NCBI GenBank assembly: GCA_010909165.1
Contig: MU008186.1
Span: 186,001-250,000 of the forward strand
Source: Anthoceros angustus
Lineage: Eukaryota > Plantae > Anthocerotophyta
Reading direction: 5' to 3'
Length of the DNA stretch: 64,000 nt
Both the position numbers and the translations under genes were made by a program. The notes below the pieces were generated by a model. It did no database searches, was not told the DNA's origin, and was given only the letters and a program-made list of their open reading frames with translations. Shown here piece by piece: positions 10,393 through 25,160 of the stretch (its first letter is position 1; each line of letters starts with the position of its first letter).

Positions 10393-13300
10393 GTGGATGA
10401 GCCGCCGCCCGCGACCCAAGCATCGGGATGTTGCTCAAGTGCTGTGATGCAAGGCGCAGACGTGACGTCGGCGATGGAGGTGCAGCAGCCGTGGGCGGGC
10501 CTGCAGGATGCGCAGGCCGGGTTGCAGGACCTGGAGCGGGAAATCTGTGGCGGAGCAGACCTGAATTTCGACGTCTTCCTCTCGCGGTTGCAAGAGAGCG
10601 GGCAGAGGCAGTGCACCTCTGTGTGGACCAGGGGCACCATCGCCTACCGCTGCCGTTCCTGTCAAGTGAATGAATCCAGGTCGGGTGCTGCCGGAATCGT
10701 CTTGCCTGTCGGTCTGGTTGCTGCGTTTGCAATTGTGCTCATTCTTGCGCATGCTGCTGCTGCTGCAGTGCGATTTGCGTCAGCTGCTTCCAGGCCGGCG
10801 ATCATAAGGACCACGACTATGGTACGTACAGCACGGGCCTTTTTTCCGGAAGGATGCGCGCCGCATTGTAGTTGACACTGTTACTGCCCTGGCAGTCATG
10901 TACCGGAGTGAAGCTGGGGGATGTTGCGATTGCGGGGACGATGCCTCTTGGAAGGCGGAGGGGTAAATTTCAGTGACCCTATAGAGTTATGTTTACCTGG
11001 ATGGTGGGAGGTCGAATTGTGGTTCCTCGAATTGTGGGATGGGCGCCTAACTGTGTTCCTCTGGCAGTAACAGCTTCTGTGATATCCACCGTCGGTTTGT
11101 CCCTGATAAAGTCGCCTGTTTGCCTGTACAAGTGGCTGCTGCAGCTTCAGGAGCAGGTATTTTAATCAAATGTGATCGCATGTCTGACGTTATTCGGTCA
11201 CGAAGGCTGCTGATCCTTCTGAGCTTGGGGAATGCAGTGCGTCGTGTTTTGAAGGAGCTTATAATTTACGTCAAGGAAATCTACAGGATGCGGACAGAGG
11301 ACGGAGCACTTCCTTTGGAGATTGATATTTCGCAGACTGTTCTGTTGATTCGTTGGTCACAAAAGGCATGTTAACAAAGACACTGCAGCGTAACTTTTTA
11401 ATTTGATGAAATGAATGGCAGCATGTTGCAGGAAAATTCTGCCTTGTTGAAAAGGGTGTTCTTCTGCAGATTTGCTCAGTTGAACCTTTACGCGACATCC
11501 TATGTGCAGAGATGATGGTGAATTTACCAACTGAAGTTGCGGTATGTGGAAGTCGAAATGGATGCTTCACTTATACTGTACTTGGCGCCTTTGAGAACAA
11601 TCACAAAGGGATGGCTACATTTCGTATCCGATGAGACACAATTCTAAGTCCTTCGGCTGTTTTGAACGTTGGCAGTGTGCTTCCCTGAAAAAGCCTTTGG
11701 AAATTCTGCTATCTACATTCTCAAAGATGCCCGACCCTCTCATGGAAGGGGTATGATGCTGCCAGTGTGTCAGTATCTTATTTTTTATATTTAGTTCTCG
11801 GAGTCCTGCATGCTTTTTACATACTACGGTTCTTCAGTGACGAAAATAATGCATGCAGGAGACGACTTTGTTTTTGCAAATGCTGTACAATCCAGAGTTC
11901 AAGGTGTCGTTCTCTCATGAAGTTTTGCATCATTATTCAGATATGATACTCCCTTTTGTTTATGCTGCGCCATCTGCTGAAGCTGCCGGTGGGTTTAAGG
12001 CCCTTGACCAGAGTCTGGATAGAGGTAAAGACTAGCTTTTGGCTTCACAGCACACATAGTTTGCAGGCCCTGCATTGACATGGTGATGAATGTGCCACTG
12101 CTCACTTGAATCCTGTGCAGTAATGGTGCAGCTCTTCAATGTTCCTGAGACAACTCTTGCTTTTATTAAGCACAACGGGCTGCTGGAATGCTTCTTGTCC
12201 ACGTTGGTCTCTGTTATGAGTCACTGCGTCTACAGGTATACTTCCCACACTGGTCGGGTCATTCTACTGTGTGAGTCCAATCAAATATTTTGGCTGGTGT
12301 TCCTTGTACCCTGTACCTCGACTTGGGTACTGCTTTCTCTGCTATGTAACTTGAAATGGATGCCGCACTCAGGGATGTGGGGACAGTGAATGCAGAACAC
12401 AAAACCATTTCTGCTAAGGTTAGCATTTTTTGAGGTTAAGAACATGGAAACAAGAACTTGTTGCAGTACCTTGGTCTCTCAAACGTGACGTATTTACAAT
12501 TCTTCTCTGCAGATCTATGCACGTCCTCAAGGAGATTTAAGGCTGATGCTGTCACACCCTGCAGTTGCCTTGTATGTGCTGTCAGAGAGGGAGGATATTG
12601 TGAAACAGCTGCTGTCTCTATTGTCTCAGCTCCAGGTCCTTTCGTATCCACTTTCCTCTCTGTTCTTATCTGCATCTTGCATTGGGAACCATCAGCACTC
12701 CATGCTTCAGCCATGCATCTTTTTGCGATGCTCAGTTGTCATCACTTTCTGCAGTGGATGAATCCGTACAGTCAAAATCAGGATTTTGACTTTGAGGAAC
12801 AACACTCTTGGAAGAATGCAATACAGTTGGAGGTTAGATAATGTACCACCTTGAGATCTTCATTGTGCCCCTGTTGAAAGTATGGTCATGCTGTGGTTCA
12901 CAACTTTTGTTGATAGTGAGCTCAGTTGATGGTGATCTTTGCTGTGCTGAGTGTATGCCCTCAGTTGGATGAGGTCTTTTACTTGAAGAGTCCAATCTGG
13001 TTCGTGCCTGGTGTGACAACACTTTGCTCTGCGGTTTTATTTTGGATTTAATTTTGCATGTGCTTCGTTTTGTTTCGATTGCTGAATGGACATATCCATC
13101 AGGTAGGACTGCGGTTGTCAGTTAAACTGAGCTCCCTACCCTAAAGCATCTTTTTATATGGCACTTTGTTGTGAACGAAAAATGGTGGGTGCTTATATGC
13201 AGATGTAAAATGTTGTCCCTTCATTGGCACGTGGTAATGGCCAAATGCATTATCTTGTTTTGACTGCTTGAGGGAACATATCCTTTTGTTAGAATTGTGT

Positions 13301-16300
13301 TTGTCAGTAGAGCTAAGTTGCCTACCCGTCTGCATCTTTAGAAGGCACTTTGTTGTGAAAAGAAACACAGTGCACTGTGCTTATACGCGGATGCGAAATG
13401 CTGTCCCTTCATTGGCACGGGGTAGTGTTCTCATACATTATCTTGTTTTGACTGATGGAGGGGAAATGCAAAGGTAGAATTGTGCTTGTCAGAGAACTGA
13501 GGTCCCCACCCAAAAGCATCTTTTTAGAAGGCACTTTGTTGTGAAAAAGAAAAACGGTGCATTGTGCTTATACTCGGATGCAAAATGCTGTCCCTTCATT
13601 GGCACGGGTTAATGTGCACATGCGTTATCTCTTTTTGACTTCTGGAGGGAATATGTAAGAGTGTGTTCCTCCACCAAACTGCATCTCAACTCTACATGTA
13701 CAGTTGGTGGAAGCATGGTACAATATGTAGAGGTTTGATGAAAAATTGTCCAAGGAGTTATGCAGCGCCATTTTACTGATTACATTCTGTTGCCACAGTC
13801 TCAGTTGTGTATGAATCGGTGCAATATCTTTTGCAGGCATCGTGGCTCTGCAGTGTTTTCTTGCTACAGAGGTCTGGTGTCTGCTGAACATGCTTGGACT
13901 TAGATTGTTGAATGGCATTCATTCTGAGGCAGATTGTTAAAATCGCAATATGCCTATTCACAGAATGCGAAATAGCCACTGTGCCATCATTATGTTTTGA
14001 AGGACGTCATGTCGGAAGATTTTGACTCTTTTCACTGAGGATGGGACATTTCAAAGTTAGATTGTTGAATGGTAGTTCATTATGAGGCAGACTGTTAAAA
14101 CCGCAATATTCCTATTCACGAAATGCAAAATCCTTGTGTACTATCAATATGTTCTGCAGGACTTCGCCGTCAAAGGCACAGTCCTCTTCTGAGACTCTGC
14201 TCGGTGTTCCATGATTCTTGTTATAATCTTCTTGGTGGTATGATTTGGCAGATGGGTACGATGGCTATCGTATTTCAGCTTATTGGCCGCTGTTCTGCAC
14301 TTTCACAAAGCAATGAGGAGACTTGTCGCACGGCGCTCCTTCAGTTTGCTAGAGCAACCTTACAGGAGTTGTTGAATAACTTGTCTAAGGTGAATGATCT
14401 TCTCTTGGGTTTGGGATATGCAGGAATGGTTGTAAAAGAGGAACTTTGGGCTTCCTGTGGCACTTGCATTTGCTCTCCTTGTAGAGTTCTACTCTGATGC
14501 ATCGTCTTTTGCGCTCGCATGAGAGATACAGACACAGGAAGACAGTAGTGGGTACTACATTCTTGTGGCTCATGTGATCTATGCAGGTCAAATCTACTCG
14601 GGGACCATTTAACGGATTGTCCCTGCATATTCCTCTTCACAGGACTCTGAGTGCCATTGTCTCTAAACTTGTGCTTATGCAATGGGGGGAGGCAGACCAG
14701 GGTTTCATCAGTGAGTTGCAGGCTAATCTGTCAGAAGCCGAGGTACTCATTGGTTCACTGTTTTCAGTGAGGTATAATGCTGCTAGCAGGTATATTGAGC
14801 TCTTTGTTTTTGTTGTAGGTTCTTTCGCTGGTGGAGCATCCACTGAGGATATTAGCTTGGATGTCAGAGGTTTGTGTTACTTAAGCTTTGTTACAAGATC
14901 TTTAAGAATTACTGGTGAAACTGTGAACTTGATTGTGTTATGAAGCTATGGCATTTCTCCATCATTCTGAGAAGTAGTCCTGTGTTATTTTCTGCTTTAA
15001 AAAGGTTCGGGTTCGACAAGGGCATTTGAACCCTGAAAGTTTTGGCCGCCTTGAATTGATATATCGGGGAAGCTTCTGGCATGATCAGTATGTATTTATT
15101 CTGTCCTTTAGACTCTTTCGGAGAATTTAGGTTGTGGTTGTCGTGATTCATTTGAGTATGATGACGGGTGTTGATGGTTAGTATGAAGCTGATGACTCAC
15201 ATCGTCAAATGCTCTGCTGACTTATGTTTTTGTTTTACAGATCAATGGATATGGATGTGCTGATGTTACAGCTCTGCTGTGTGATTCGGGAACATATGGA
15301 GCAGACCATATTCCTGGCATTAGCTGAGCAGTTTGATGTGAGTTCAAGTCTTCTAGTGTGGTCCTGTTTTCTTATTCCTCACATTTTCTAAGGACTTGCC
15401 TATGTGCTTGACATCAGCTGCTCAGTATGGTGACACGCCCAGCATATGTGGAATGCCAGCCTACGAAGAAATTAACATCTGAGAAAATTGCTTTTCTTCA
15501 GGAGTTTATGCGTTTGATTTTGTTGGTATGGCCTTAGACAGTTTGGTGGTGCTGAGTTGGTTACCTACCTCTTATCTTCATAACCTAAGATCTATGTGCA
15601 ATTCAGGTGGTGCGAGATCGCCATAACACAGGGATGACTGAGGTACTTATTTGATGTTGGTAACTGGCTGGGATTCCTGTCCTGTACGGAGGTGGATATT
15701 AATGTCATTAGTTTCTGATCTATGTTTCCAACACAAAATTATGTTGTTTACAGAATGAAAGCTTGCGATACGATGTTATTCAATGGCTGTGTGCACGAGA
15801 CACGACCTTCTCCCAGGTGGGTGGGATGCCTATCCTCCTGTCTTCAATTGGACAGTTTCTTGCTGCAGCTTTGGCGCTCACATTTGGCTGATTGTGGTTG
15901 TAGTTATACAATTGTGTTAATGGATTTACCACTGATCATGCCAAGCTCAGTGTGATGCTGCAAGAGGTTGCTGTCTACATTGCTCCAAAGGTTCGACTTT
16001 TTGTGTTGGTGTTCTCTGCTCTGATAAGTGATTGTGGCTGGGTGGTTTCTGAAGTTTTGTTCTCTGGCTACAGCTGCAAGAACGAGGTTGTTATCAGTTG
16101 AAGCAAGAGTGCTGGGTGGAATTTGATCCTTTATTTGCCCAGTTCTACTCAAATGACCTGGAAGATGCGCAGGTGTGCCTGATGTAGTCTTTTATTTTCA
16201 GGATAGTCAGATGATGATAAGTTCTTGAGGATAATTATTGAGCTACAGGCAGCTGTCTCCAGGTGTTCAGGGTTTGTAGTTGTTCTGACACATTACACTA

Positions 16301-19300
16301 TCTGTTCTGAGTGCAGGAGAGAGCAGCTAGTATTGGGAAGCTGGAGCATTTCTGGAGACTTCCGCAACCACCACAAGCACGGCCACCCTTCCATCGTCTG
16401 ATAAATCTGCTACACACGCCGGTCTGTCCTTATTCTCGCCATGCTCATGCCCGCTGTGAGAAATGGGACAGATGATGTCCGCTGTGCTTTGTCTTGGTTC
16501 TTGCAGGATGAATCCATCTCCTGAAAACTGAACTCACTGTTTCTTCGTTGATTGTGCAGGCATGTTCCCAGCTTATATGGAATGTGCTGTACCACGTTAC
16601 AATTCTTGTCAAGGAAGAGTCAACTGCAACAGCTGCAGAAGCCCTCGGGGTTACTGCCCTGCAGATGTTGGCCATGGTTCTTGCTGATGCACGGTAAGTT
16701 TGCACAAGCGCGTCGTGACTTTGTGGCAGCATGCTCTTAAGCCGAATTGTTAAATTGGGATTCTTCTGGTGAAGGAGAACAATGTTCTTCGAACTTTGAT
16801 GCGGAAAGTGGTGGTGATATGGGACTGCACTGTTTGTAGCTGCAACTGTTAGTAAGTCTTGTGCGCCTTTGCTTCAGGGAAGGTTCTTCAAAACCGAGGA
16901 AAGTCTCACCATTATCGGGCACTCGCCATGCTGGAGCTCCCTCTGGCTCATCTTTGGACCATGTATATGACAACATTTATGGGCTGCCCTTTTTAAATCC
17001 TGATACTGGGGTTCTGGAATGGCGACGTGGAGAGTCAACAGCTCCAACAATACACAGGATGCTGTTGGGGTTGCAGAAAACCAAAGATTCAATTCGTAAG
17101 GATATTTCATCAGGCACATTTTGTTGACTGTGGAGAAGTTGGATTTGCCTGATCTTTTGTTGTTCTGTCTTACAGGTCTTGTGGACTCTATCATGCACGT
17201 TTTGTCGCTTCTGCCCTCCTATGATTCACGTACGGATGTTACAAGTATAAGTTATCCCCAGGTGAGATGCTGGTTGGTTTATTGAATCTTCCAAATCAAA
17301 TGTCTGTGTCTGATGTTTCTCATACTTTGGATGTTCTTAGATGGTTGACCTGTCTATGGAGGACGAGCGGCGAAAGTTGAAGAAGCAACGGCAAGAGGCT
17401 ATTTTAAAGGATTTTGCAGCCAGGTTAGAGTGGTTTTTATCTTTTGGGGTAGCGGATCTCCATAGGATCATCAATTACAGGTTGTTCATCCTTTTGCAGG
17501 CAAAAGGCATTTATAGAGCAACAGGATGGAGATCAAGTCTTAAGTAAAGAGGTGGCGGTTGAGCAGTCGGTCACTGAACTTGGTGATTGTGCCTCTCCGG
17601 TTCAGGCAGAATCATCTGCTGCTGATGATGCTGGAAGTATGCTGCCATCTACTGATCATAGCTACCACCCCCGTGAGTGTGCATTCTGCAGATGCTCGGT
17701 CAGTGCCTTTGGTGCCTTTTTTGAATCGCTTGTGTCTGTTACTGTAATGTTAGCTGTGTGACAAGATGACGTTGTGCTTCTCTGATGATGTCGCTGTCTG
17801 ATGAATCAGTGTGATGGCAAAGACTCTGGGTGGATAGCTTTGGTGCAAAGATACAATCTTGGAGATGTGATGGTCAGCAGGGCGAAGCTTGTGCATGATG
17901 TAGAAGAAGAGTTACTTAGTAGAGCAGGTAGTAGCCTTGTAGCTGTTGCGGCAAGTTTCAAAGGGGAGCCTGCTAAGTCTACAGCAATTGATGCCTATCC
18001 GGCTGAGCACGTGAGATGTTGTGGACACCAGGTATGCTCCTCGGAAAATGTGTTGCTTTCTTTGAGATCATATTTAGGTTGAGACCCCTGATCATGGTAA
18101 TGGCTTGCTACTTGCTAGTGTTTTTGACTTATTAGCTTTGGCCTAAGTTGAAGCTGCTCTGTAGATGCATCAAACATGTTTCCAGCGCTATGTGGATTCA
18201 CTGGTGAAACGCCACAATGCACGGTGTCCATATGAAGGTATTTAATTTCCTTGGATGTATCTTTTTTAACTTGTTATAGTATAATTCAGCTACGTCTATC
18301 CTATGATTGGTCTAGGTGCAGTCCTTGCCTTTCTTGCAATTCTGCTTTCTTATGCTATGTTGGAGATAAGCTGCTGATGAGTAAGTGGGTGCCCTCAATG
18401 GCAAGGCAGCCACAAGACTGCCGAACACGTAAATAAGCAGCATGCTCTTAATTGAATGGTGTTGGAATCTCATGGATACCTGTGTGTCTTCAGGGAGAGG
18501 CATTATAGATCTTAGCAGGATGGAATTTCTGTGTCCTATATGTCGCCGGTTGGCAAATGTTCTACTGCCAGACATCAATGCTTCACTAGCTTGGAATAGG
18601 GTGCAACAAGATCATGATGATGATGAACCAAGCACATCGGGTGGGAACACACAACAGTATGGACTGGATGGAGTTCCTGATGCCGATATATCTGTGGTGT
18701 TATATGGTGAAAAAGACGGGGCAGAGGAGTACTGGGCGGAGTTTTGGGAAGCCAATCAAAACTTGGCAGAAGTCATCAGCGTGTTTGCTTCACAGGTTTG
18801 TGTTTGACTCTGACAATCAATGCCTGTTGTGGTTTGTTGTTTTTCCTTACCAAAAACTTGGGTTTCTGTTGCAGTGCTTGAGGGTGCGAAAGAATTTTAG
18901 GATGGAGCCTCCAGAGTTGAAGGGCTTTATGCTTTGTCGAGTGAGTGCATATGCAAAGTCTTTAAAACGTGTGCTCCTGGGATATTCATGTTCACATGAC
19001 TTTTGGTACGTACTGGCTAATGTGGCTTTGGCAACTGGACTAATTGCATGTATGTCAATTATCTGCAGGTTCTATGGGAGGTTTTGGCAGCGAATATAGT
19101 ACACGCAGAGGTAGAGATGAGGAGTGAACTTTCTCGACCGTCAGGGCAGGAAGCATCTTCATCTACATCATTAGAAATCCGAGATGGGTACTTGTGCAGA
19201 GGAGATGGTGCCCATTGGCTGGCACTACAGCAACTTGGGAGGCTTGCTGTGCTGGCCAACACTTTACCAGCGGCTGGTGAGGTTTTAGCTTAAAATGCCA

Positions 19301-21607
19301 TTGTACGGTTACTTATTTTGCAATCTCTGTTGCAGTTTATTGGTTGTGGTATTGGTGTGTGCTTCATAGCAACTTGTGGATTTCTCTTCACCTTGATAAC
19401 GCCTAAGATGTCTTGTCTGTGCAGCTGGTGCAAAAGATCGGGAGGTTTTGAAGTTACAGGAATCATTTGGCATGTACAGTCGAAAACAGCAAGGGGCAAG
19501 TAAAAAGGGAAAGGGTTTGGTTGTAGAGGCCAGGCCTGACTCAAACTATATGAGCTCGTTTGCTTCTGCTGTTCCAAGAGATGATTCGCAGTCACAGTCT
19601 GGCTCGGATGATTCCGAGATGTTGGATGAGAGGACTGATGAGAGCGGGCCAACAGCCATTATCGAAGCCGTACAGGATGAGGTGGAGTGGAAGTGCTGTC
19701 ATCGAGGACAGTTCGGATATTCAACGGAGGAAGACTGGCTTTGGAACTTTTCCACCACAATAAGTGGAGGGGTTTTAGCAACAGACTCATTTGGACTTCT
19801 CATCACATTGCTGGTTGTAAGTATTTACCTGCTATGTCTGATGAAAGAGAAAAATCTGTCAATTTCGATCCTGTCTTAGTGTTGCTTGTTTGTGGCAGGC
19901 CATGAGGGGGTGCCCGTCATTGGGGCAACTACGAGCACTTGTTCACCTGGCTCATCTTGTGTGCTATACTCAAGGGCTTTTGGCCATCGGAGCTCTCACC
20001 AGGAGGCGTGGTGATTCCTCTGTCTGGAGTGTGGAGGATCTTAATCGAACGACTTGCACTCCGTTCTTACGCAGAGCGGCCCTTCTGGTATATTACAAAG
20101 GAGACTCTATCCAGTTTGATTGGTTGGTAAGCAAAATCGCTTGTGCTGATGTGACTGTGTGTTTGTCAGGTGGAAGTCCTTACTGGCAAGCAGATGACAG
20201 GCTGTGAAGGTTACCGAGGTACATGGTGTGTCCCAACTGTCAGTGAAACTGCAATTTTCTCAAAGTTATGCCATGAGGCTTGATTTGCTGGAATTATGCC
20301 TTGCAGACTTGGACTTTGTGTTCTTGGAGCGCTGGCTAAGATTGCGAAATCCTAAAAAAGTGCAGCACATCACCATCAATGGTGCGGTTTCACTTGGTCT
20401 ACTTGTGACTCATTTACTTAACTTGGTCAGGATACTTAGCCGTTACAGTTTGCATGTGTTTACTGTTCTCCAGGGGTTCAGATGGAAACAAACAGGCTGC
20501 AGCAAACTTGGCAAGGAAGACTCGTAAGTTTCCGACTGGCAACAGTTTCATCATTAGACTGTATAACAGTGTCCTGCGATGTACAGAAGCCGTGTCTGGT
20601 TTGAAACCATTGTCGTCAGCAGGAATAAGTGGAGTGTCGTGTGTGTGGTCCTTCTGCAGGACTCTTGGATGCTGGAGACTTTTCTGCTGAAGATTCCTCG
20701 GCTGATATCTTTTGTCAGCCTGCCTGAGGTCTTCCAGGTGTGGCTGCTACCTCGCAGTAAAGCAGTGTTCAAATATCCTGCAAGTCTTTTCCTTTGTAGC
20801 CCCTCGGAGTTCTGACTCGGAGGTTTAACGTTCTTGTAGGACCTCATGCTCCAACGGCTGAAGACTCCATGCAGTAACTGCAATGAGGTTCCCGGGTGAG
20901 TGTGCGGGTAGCTTTGTTGCTATAAGCTTAAGCTCCTGTGTTGCTTGCGCCACACTTACATCAAGACCCCTGCAGAGAGCCTGCAATCTGTCTAGCGTGT
21001 GGGAAGCTTTTCTGCTATGGCCGCGTGAAGGAAGGTTGTGGCGAATGCTACAACCATGCGGCTGAAGGTGGGGATAGTTTTTGCCATTGGCACAGGTTGT
21101 TCCCCAAAACCAGCATGGTGTGACCATTTTTGTGTGCAGGCGGTTGCAGTAGCGTAGGGATATTTCTTCTGCTTCATTCCACGCAGCTGCTGTTACTTCG
21201 GAGTGAGCGCGTCTGCGTGGCTCCGTCGCTCTACTTGGATCTCCATGGAGAGGTAGATCGTGCTCCCCCTTTCCAGAACTCATTGGGAGCAGTCTGTGCC
21301 TTTCCACCCGGGTGCTGGATGATGGTATCTGACATGGGTTTCTTTCGCAGGAGGATCTTGACGCTGGCTTGAAACGGGGACATCTGTTGCACCTGAGCCA
21401 TCTTCGGTTGAAAGAGGTACGCGGGTTATGTTGCATTTCCAACGTCGGCCAACTGATCCTAGCTGTTTGAGTATTGGGTACCACTCCTGCCTGCTCACTG
21501 GTCCTACTCCGTGCTCCATCCAGATTACCCGATTATGGGCGACGGCGTCTCTGGACTACGATACACACACCTTGCACACGTCGCAGCTACGTGGCAAGAT
21601 TTGCTGA
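10393..21607 (+). CDS. Multi-exon UBR-box/RING-H2 E3 ubiquitin ligase, PRT6/UBR1-2-3 family (N-degron pathway)
   Basis: UBR box CTSVWTRGTIAYRCRSC...AGGCCDCGDDASWK; RRKLKKQRQEAILKDF; RING with GIIDLSRMEFLCPICRRLANVLLP; C-terminal CLACG..SLYLDLHGEED...LKRG; last exon 21524-21607 ends in TGA; GT-AG introns. Internal exon boundaries not fully resolved; orthology to PRT6 uncertain. Confidence 0.9.
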
Positions 21608-24600
21608 GACGGAGAGACAAAATTGTGTTGCCAGTGTTTGCATTCCTGCAAGCAAGAGACTGAATGCTTCGCATACTTTGTACCGTATATGCTAGCAACC
21701 ATTTTTTTCACGAGAGTTCTCCAGCTGGCACCATTGTACAAAACCGACAGCTAGCCTCGAAGGATGGCAAATGTATGCAGCTGTTTTGCTGGCATTGCAG
21801 AGTGAATCGATGGCGTTAAATCCCACACACACTCCTGCTACAGTAACGTGTGGTGCATGCACAGGGAAATCGGTTCCACACACAGGAGTGCGCGTGTCTG
21901 TGCAGTGCAAGCTGCATCAGAAACGCCATCACATGTTCCAGACCTGGGCGCAGACAGGCAGAGGGTCGTAAAGCGAGCAGGGTCACGTGTGAGCGGAGAC
22001 GGTCGTGTAAAATAAGCGCCGGCTGCCAATAATGCGTCGCGCCCACTCCCGCTCCCAGCCTCCCACTCCCACTCCCGCTCCCGCTCCCGCCTGCACAAGA
22101 TTCTGTCAACGCAAGAGCAGGGCAGAGGAGAGCCTTCGTCCAAGCGAAGGGAAGGGAAGGGAAGAGACGAGAAGGGCAGGGCAGGAGGGAAGGGAAGGCA
22201 CGGGACGGAAACCGAGCCTGAAAATATCTCGTGGCTCCATGACTGGGCCGAGGCACAGCCCGAGGCAGAGGACCCGGCCCGGATGGTAGGCCTGGCGCCG
22301 GAGCACAAGTAGGCAGAATCTAGGTCATGAGGCGATAATAATGTAATCCCGCCGTAATGCGGACTTGAGCTCGCAAATGATGTTCATCAACTTCAATGCG
22401 GTGACCGACATGGAGGAGGCGCATTATGGCAGCATTGAAGTAGATCACCTGTATGAACGTCACACACGGAATCATATTATCATGCCATGGCAGAAAAAGC
22501 CGATGAACGCCAGGGCCAGGCTACTCCATGTCCTAAGTTGATCCTGCCGTTAAACCTATGGCAAGCATGTGCTCTTCCATGTAAGAGGTGCGTGGACAAA
22601 CTCTTGACTGTCAGATATTGCATACCGTAGCCTTAATCCCTGACTTGTGGTTGGCCAGCCTTGCAGTTTGCCCTTGCCTTGCCCTTGCCCTTGGCCTTGA
22701 TGCTGATTAATAAATTGGTTGCAAGTCACCAATATCAATGCTCACCAATTCCAAGCCCTCAATGCCCTGCCACAATAACGCTACAGTAATAGTATAGCAG
22801 TATAGCAATATAGCAGTATAGCAGTAGACAATGTAGTGAATAAGTGGAGGGGGGGAATGTATGTAGCTCAGCTGGCCAGGCAGCCAGGCAGCCAGGCAGC
22901 CAGTCAGAGCATGATCACAGCTTGCCTGCTGCCCTGCCCTGGGCCCTGGGCCCTGGCCTGCCCTGGCCTGCCCTGGCCTGCGCTGCCCTGCCCTGCAGGC
23001 TGCCACTGCCATCTCTTTCTTTCCCGCTGGAATGTGTTGTGTGTGTAGCGTACCTCGGCAAGATGATTGTGGCGGGCAGCAGGCACGCTCACCAATGGCT
23101 GGCCCAGGCCCAGCCTCAGAATAAACCCTTAATTAAAGAAGCCCGACTCCACCGTCTTTGTGAGTGCACAGGCCACAAGCGGCCACGCATTCCTCGAATC
23201 CCACCTCACCACCTTTACCCTTAACGCATTATGTTATTACCGCCACCCCCATTCTCAGCCCCGGATTACCCTCTCACGGTCTCCTCCAACACAAGCGCAT
23301 AATGCATTCCGTTCTTCCTTCCTTTGTGTGTCCCGGCCGGGCCCACGGAGGTGTCCTCGGACAGCACTCGCTGTTCCCGGACCTACCACACCCTTGACCA
23401 CAATCCCTTCGGCCCCCCGCCGGGTCCTCGGACTTCGGGACCCTGCCGTCCATGAACCACCGGCGTGAGCTTTTGCGTGTACCTAATAATAATATTATTG
23501 AAAAAAAAGGATTCAAATACAAACTACGTGCCGATATTGAGAGTGGATCTTGTATGTGGCATTGTATGGCACTCGTGGTGGATTCCTTGTGCGCCAAGGA
23601 AGGCAAGGGCGGAAGAGAACGGCAACGGGCATGTGACGTATGGTACTGGCGAACTACCCACCCAAGTCGGAAGAGGAAGAGGAAGAGGAAGACGGAGATA
23701 AGGAGGGGAATAGGAGACGAGAATTGGAGTTGAAGTCCGGTCCGACTCCAAACATGGAAGAAGAAGAGAGCTTCTACTGCCGCTGGTGCTGTTGCAGGAT
23801 TGCAGGTGGCATTTCAGGCGAATTGGCCGACTTCCCTGACTGCCATTTGGACCAATCGGGGATGCCGCCCAGGCCCGGCTTCTGCCTCGGCCTCGGCCTC
23901 GGCCCTGGCCCTGGCCGCTGGCTGGCTCTGATATTTGCGCTGCAGCTGCAGCTCTGCAGCTCTGCAGCGTGCACTGTTGCTCGCTCGCCACTGGCAGTGA
24001 GACTCGTGAGTTTTTTCTTGGCTGGAATATGCCTGTACGTCCCGGGACCCCGGGGCCCGGGCCCCGGGCCCGGCCCCGGCCCCGGCCCCGGCCCCCACTG
24101 CGAACCAACAACGGACACTCCCTCCCTCCCTCCTTTGCCCTTTGCCCTGTGCCCTTGGCCTTTACTTTGCCACCACCTCTTTTATATAATGCGCGCTCTG
24201 GAGACTTGGCTACCTCTGCTACAACTGCTGCCGCTTTGCTGCTACAATGCCCTCGTCATCGCTGGTGCGTAGCATAGGATCCCCTCGCTTTATTATCACT
24301 TGTTTGCTGTACCCTCCTGGCCTTGGCTGGCTTGCATAGGTTGTCACCCCGGTTTGCATCGGATGCACCCACACAATAGTACACCAGGAGTAAAGAAAGG
24401 GCTTAAGTGCACGCATTGTATTAAGGGTATGACTCCAAATCGTGTCACAAGTAATAATCCCTTGTGTAGTTGCAGGCAGGTCATTGGGTAGTCTTCCAAC
24501 GATGTTCCAACCACTTCCCCCAAATTGATCTCCTTTCAAAGTTCTCACTCCAAGGCACCTCCCTCTCTCAAGGGTTTTCAAGGGTAACAACATACATACT

Positions 24601-25160
24601 AAAAGAGATGTTGTGTCGCACGGTCTCACAAATGGACTTGCCTCTTGTGGGCAGGGATTGATATGGACGTGCCTCTAGAACAGACGCCCTTCTGATGAGC
24701 GGGAACCGATCTCGGTAGGGAAGCAGACGCCCCTTCGATGATCCGGACGTACCTTTGTCCAGAGCGGACAGAGTCAGACGGGCTAATTGTATATCAGATA
24801 ATGAAGGATAGGGAAACATCGGTTGAGACAACCCAAGTTCCTACATGGAAAAAATGACTTGCAGAAAGCTGAAGTAAGTTCCACAATCACAGGACATGAA
24901 GTTGCGTCCTAAAACCACCCACCGTACTTAAGATATTCAATAGTAAAAATTGAAGGGAGTATGTACCTCCATGTGATCCAAGTACACCTAGAAATACCTA
25001 CCGCACCTAATATGTCCGGAGCGTGTAGCTGGACACTAGCAGTACTACATACTTTCGGGAAGTGAAAAACAGCTTGGCTACAAAGAATAGTACGTTCCTG
25101 TTGGACTGTGCTCCATCGTGTGGAAGTGATTGATTGCCCAAGAGTTGTATGGCCCTCACT

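Noticed and set aside
21900-24300. Many ORFs and possible exons, including a hydrophobic stretch near 22330-22540 and a VHRLFLPWH tyrosinase-like string
   Set aside because: Dominated by microsatellites; no consistent spliced gene model or convincing family match.
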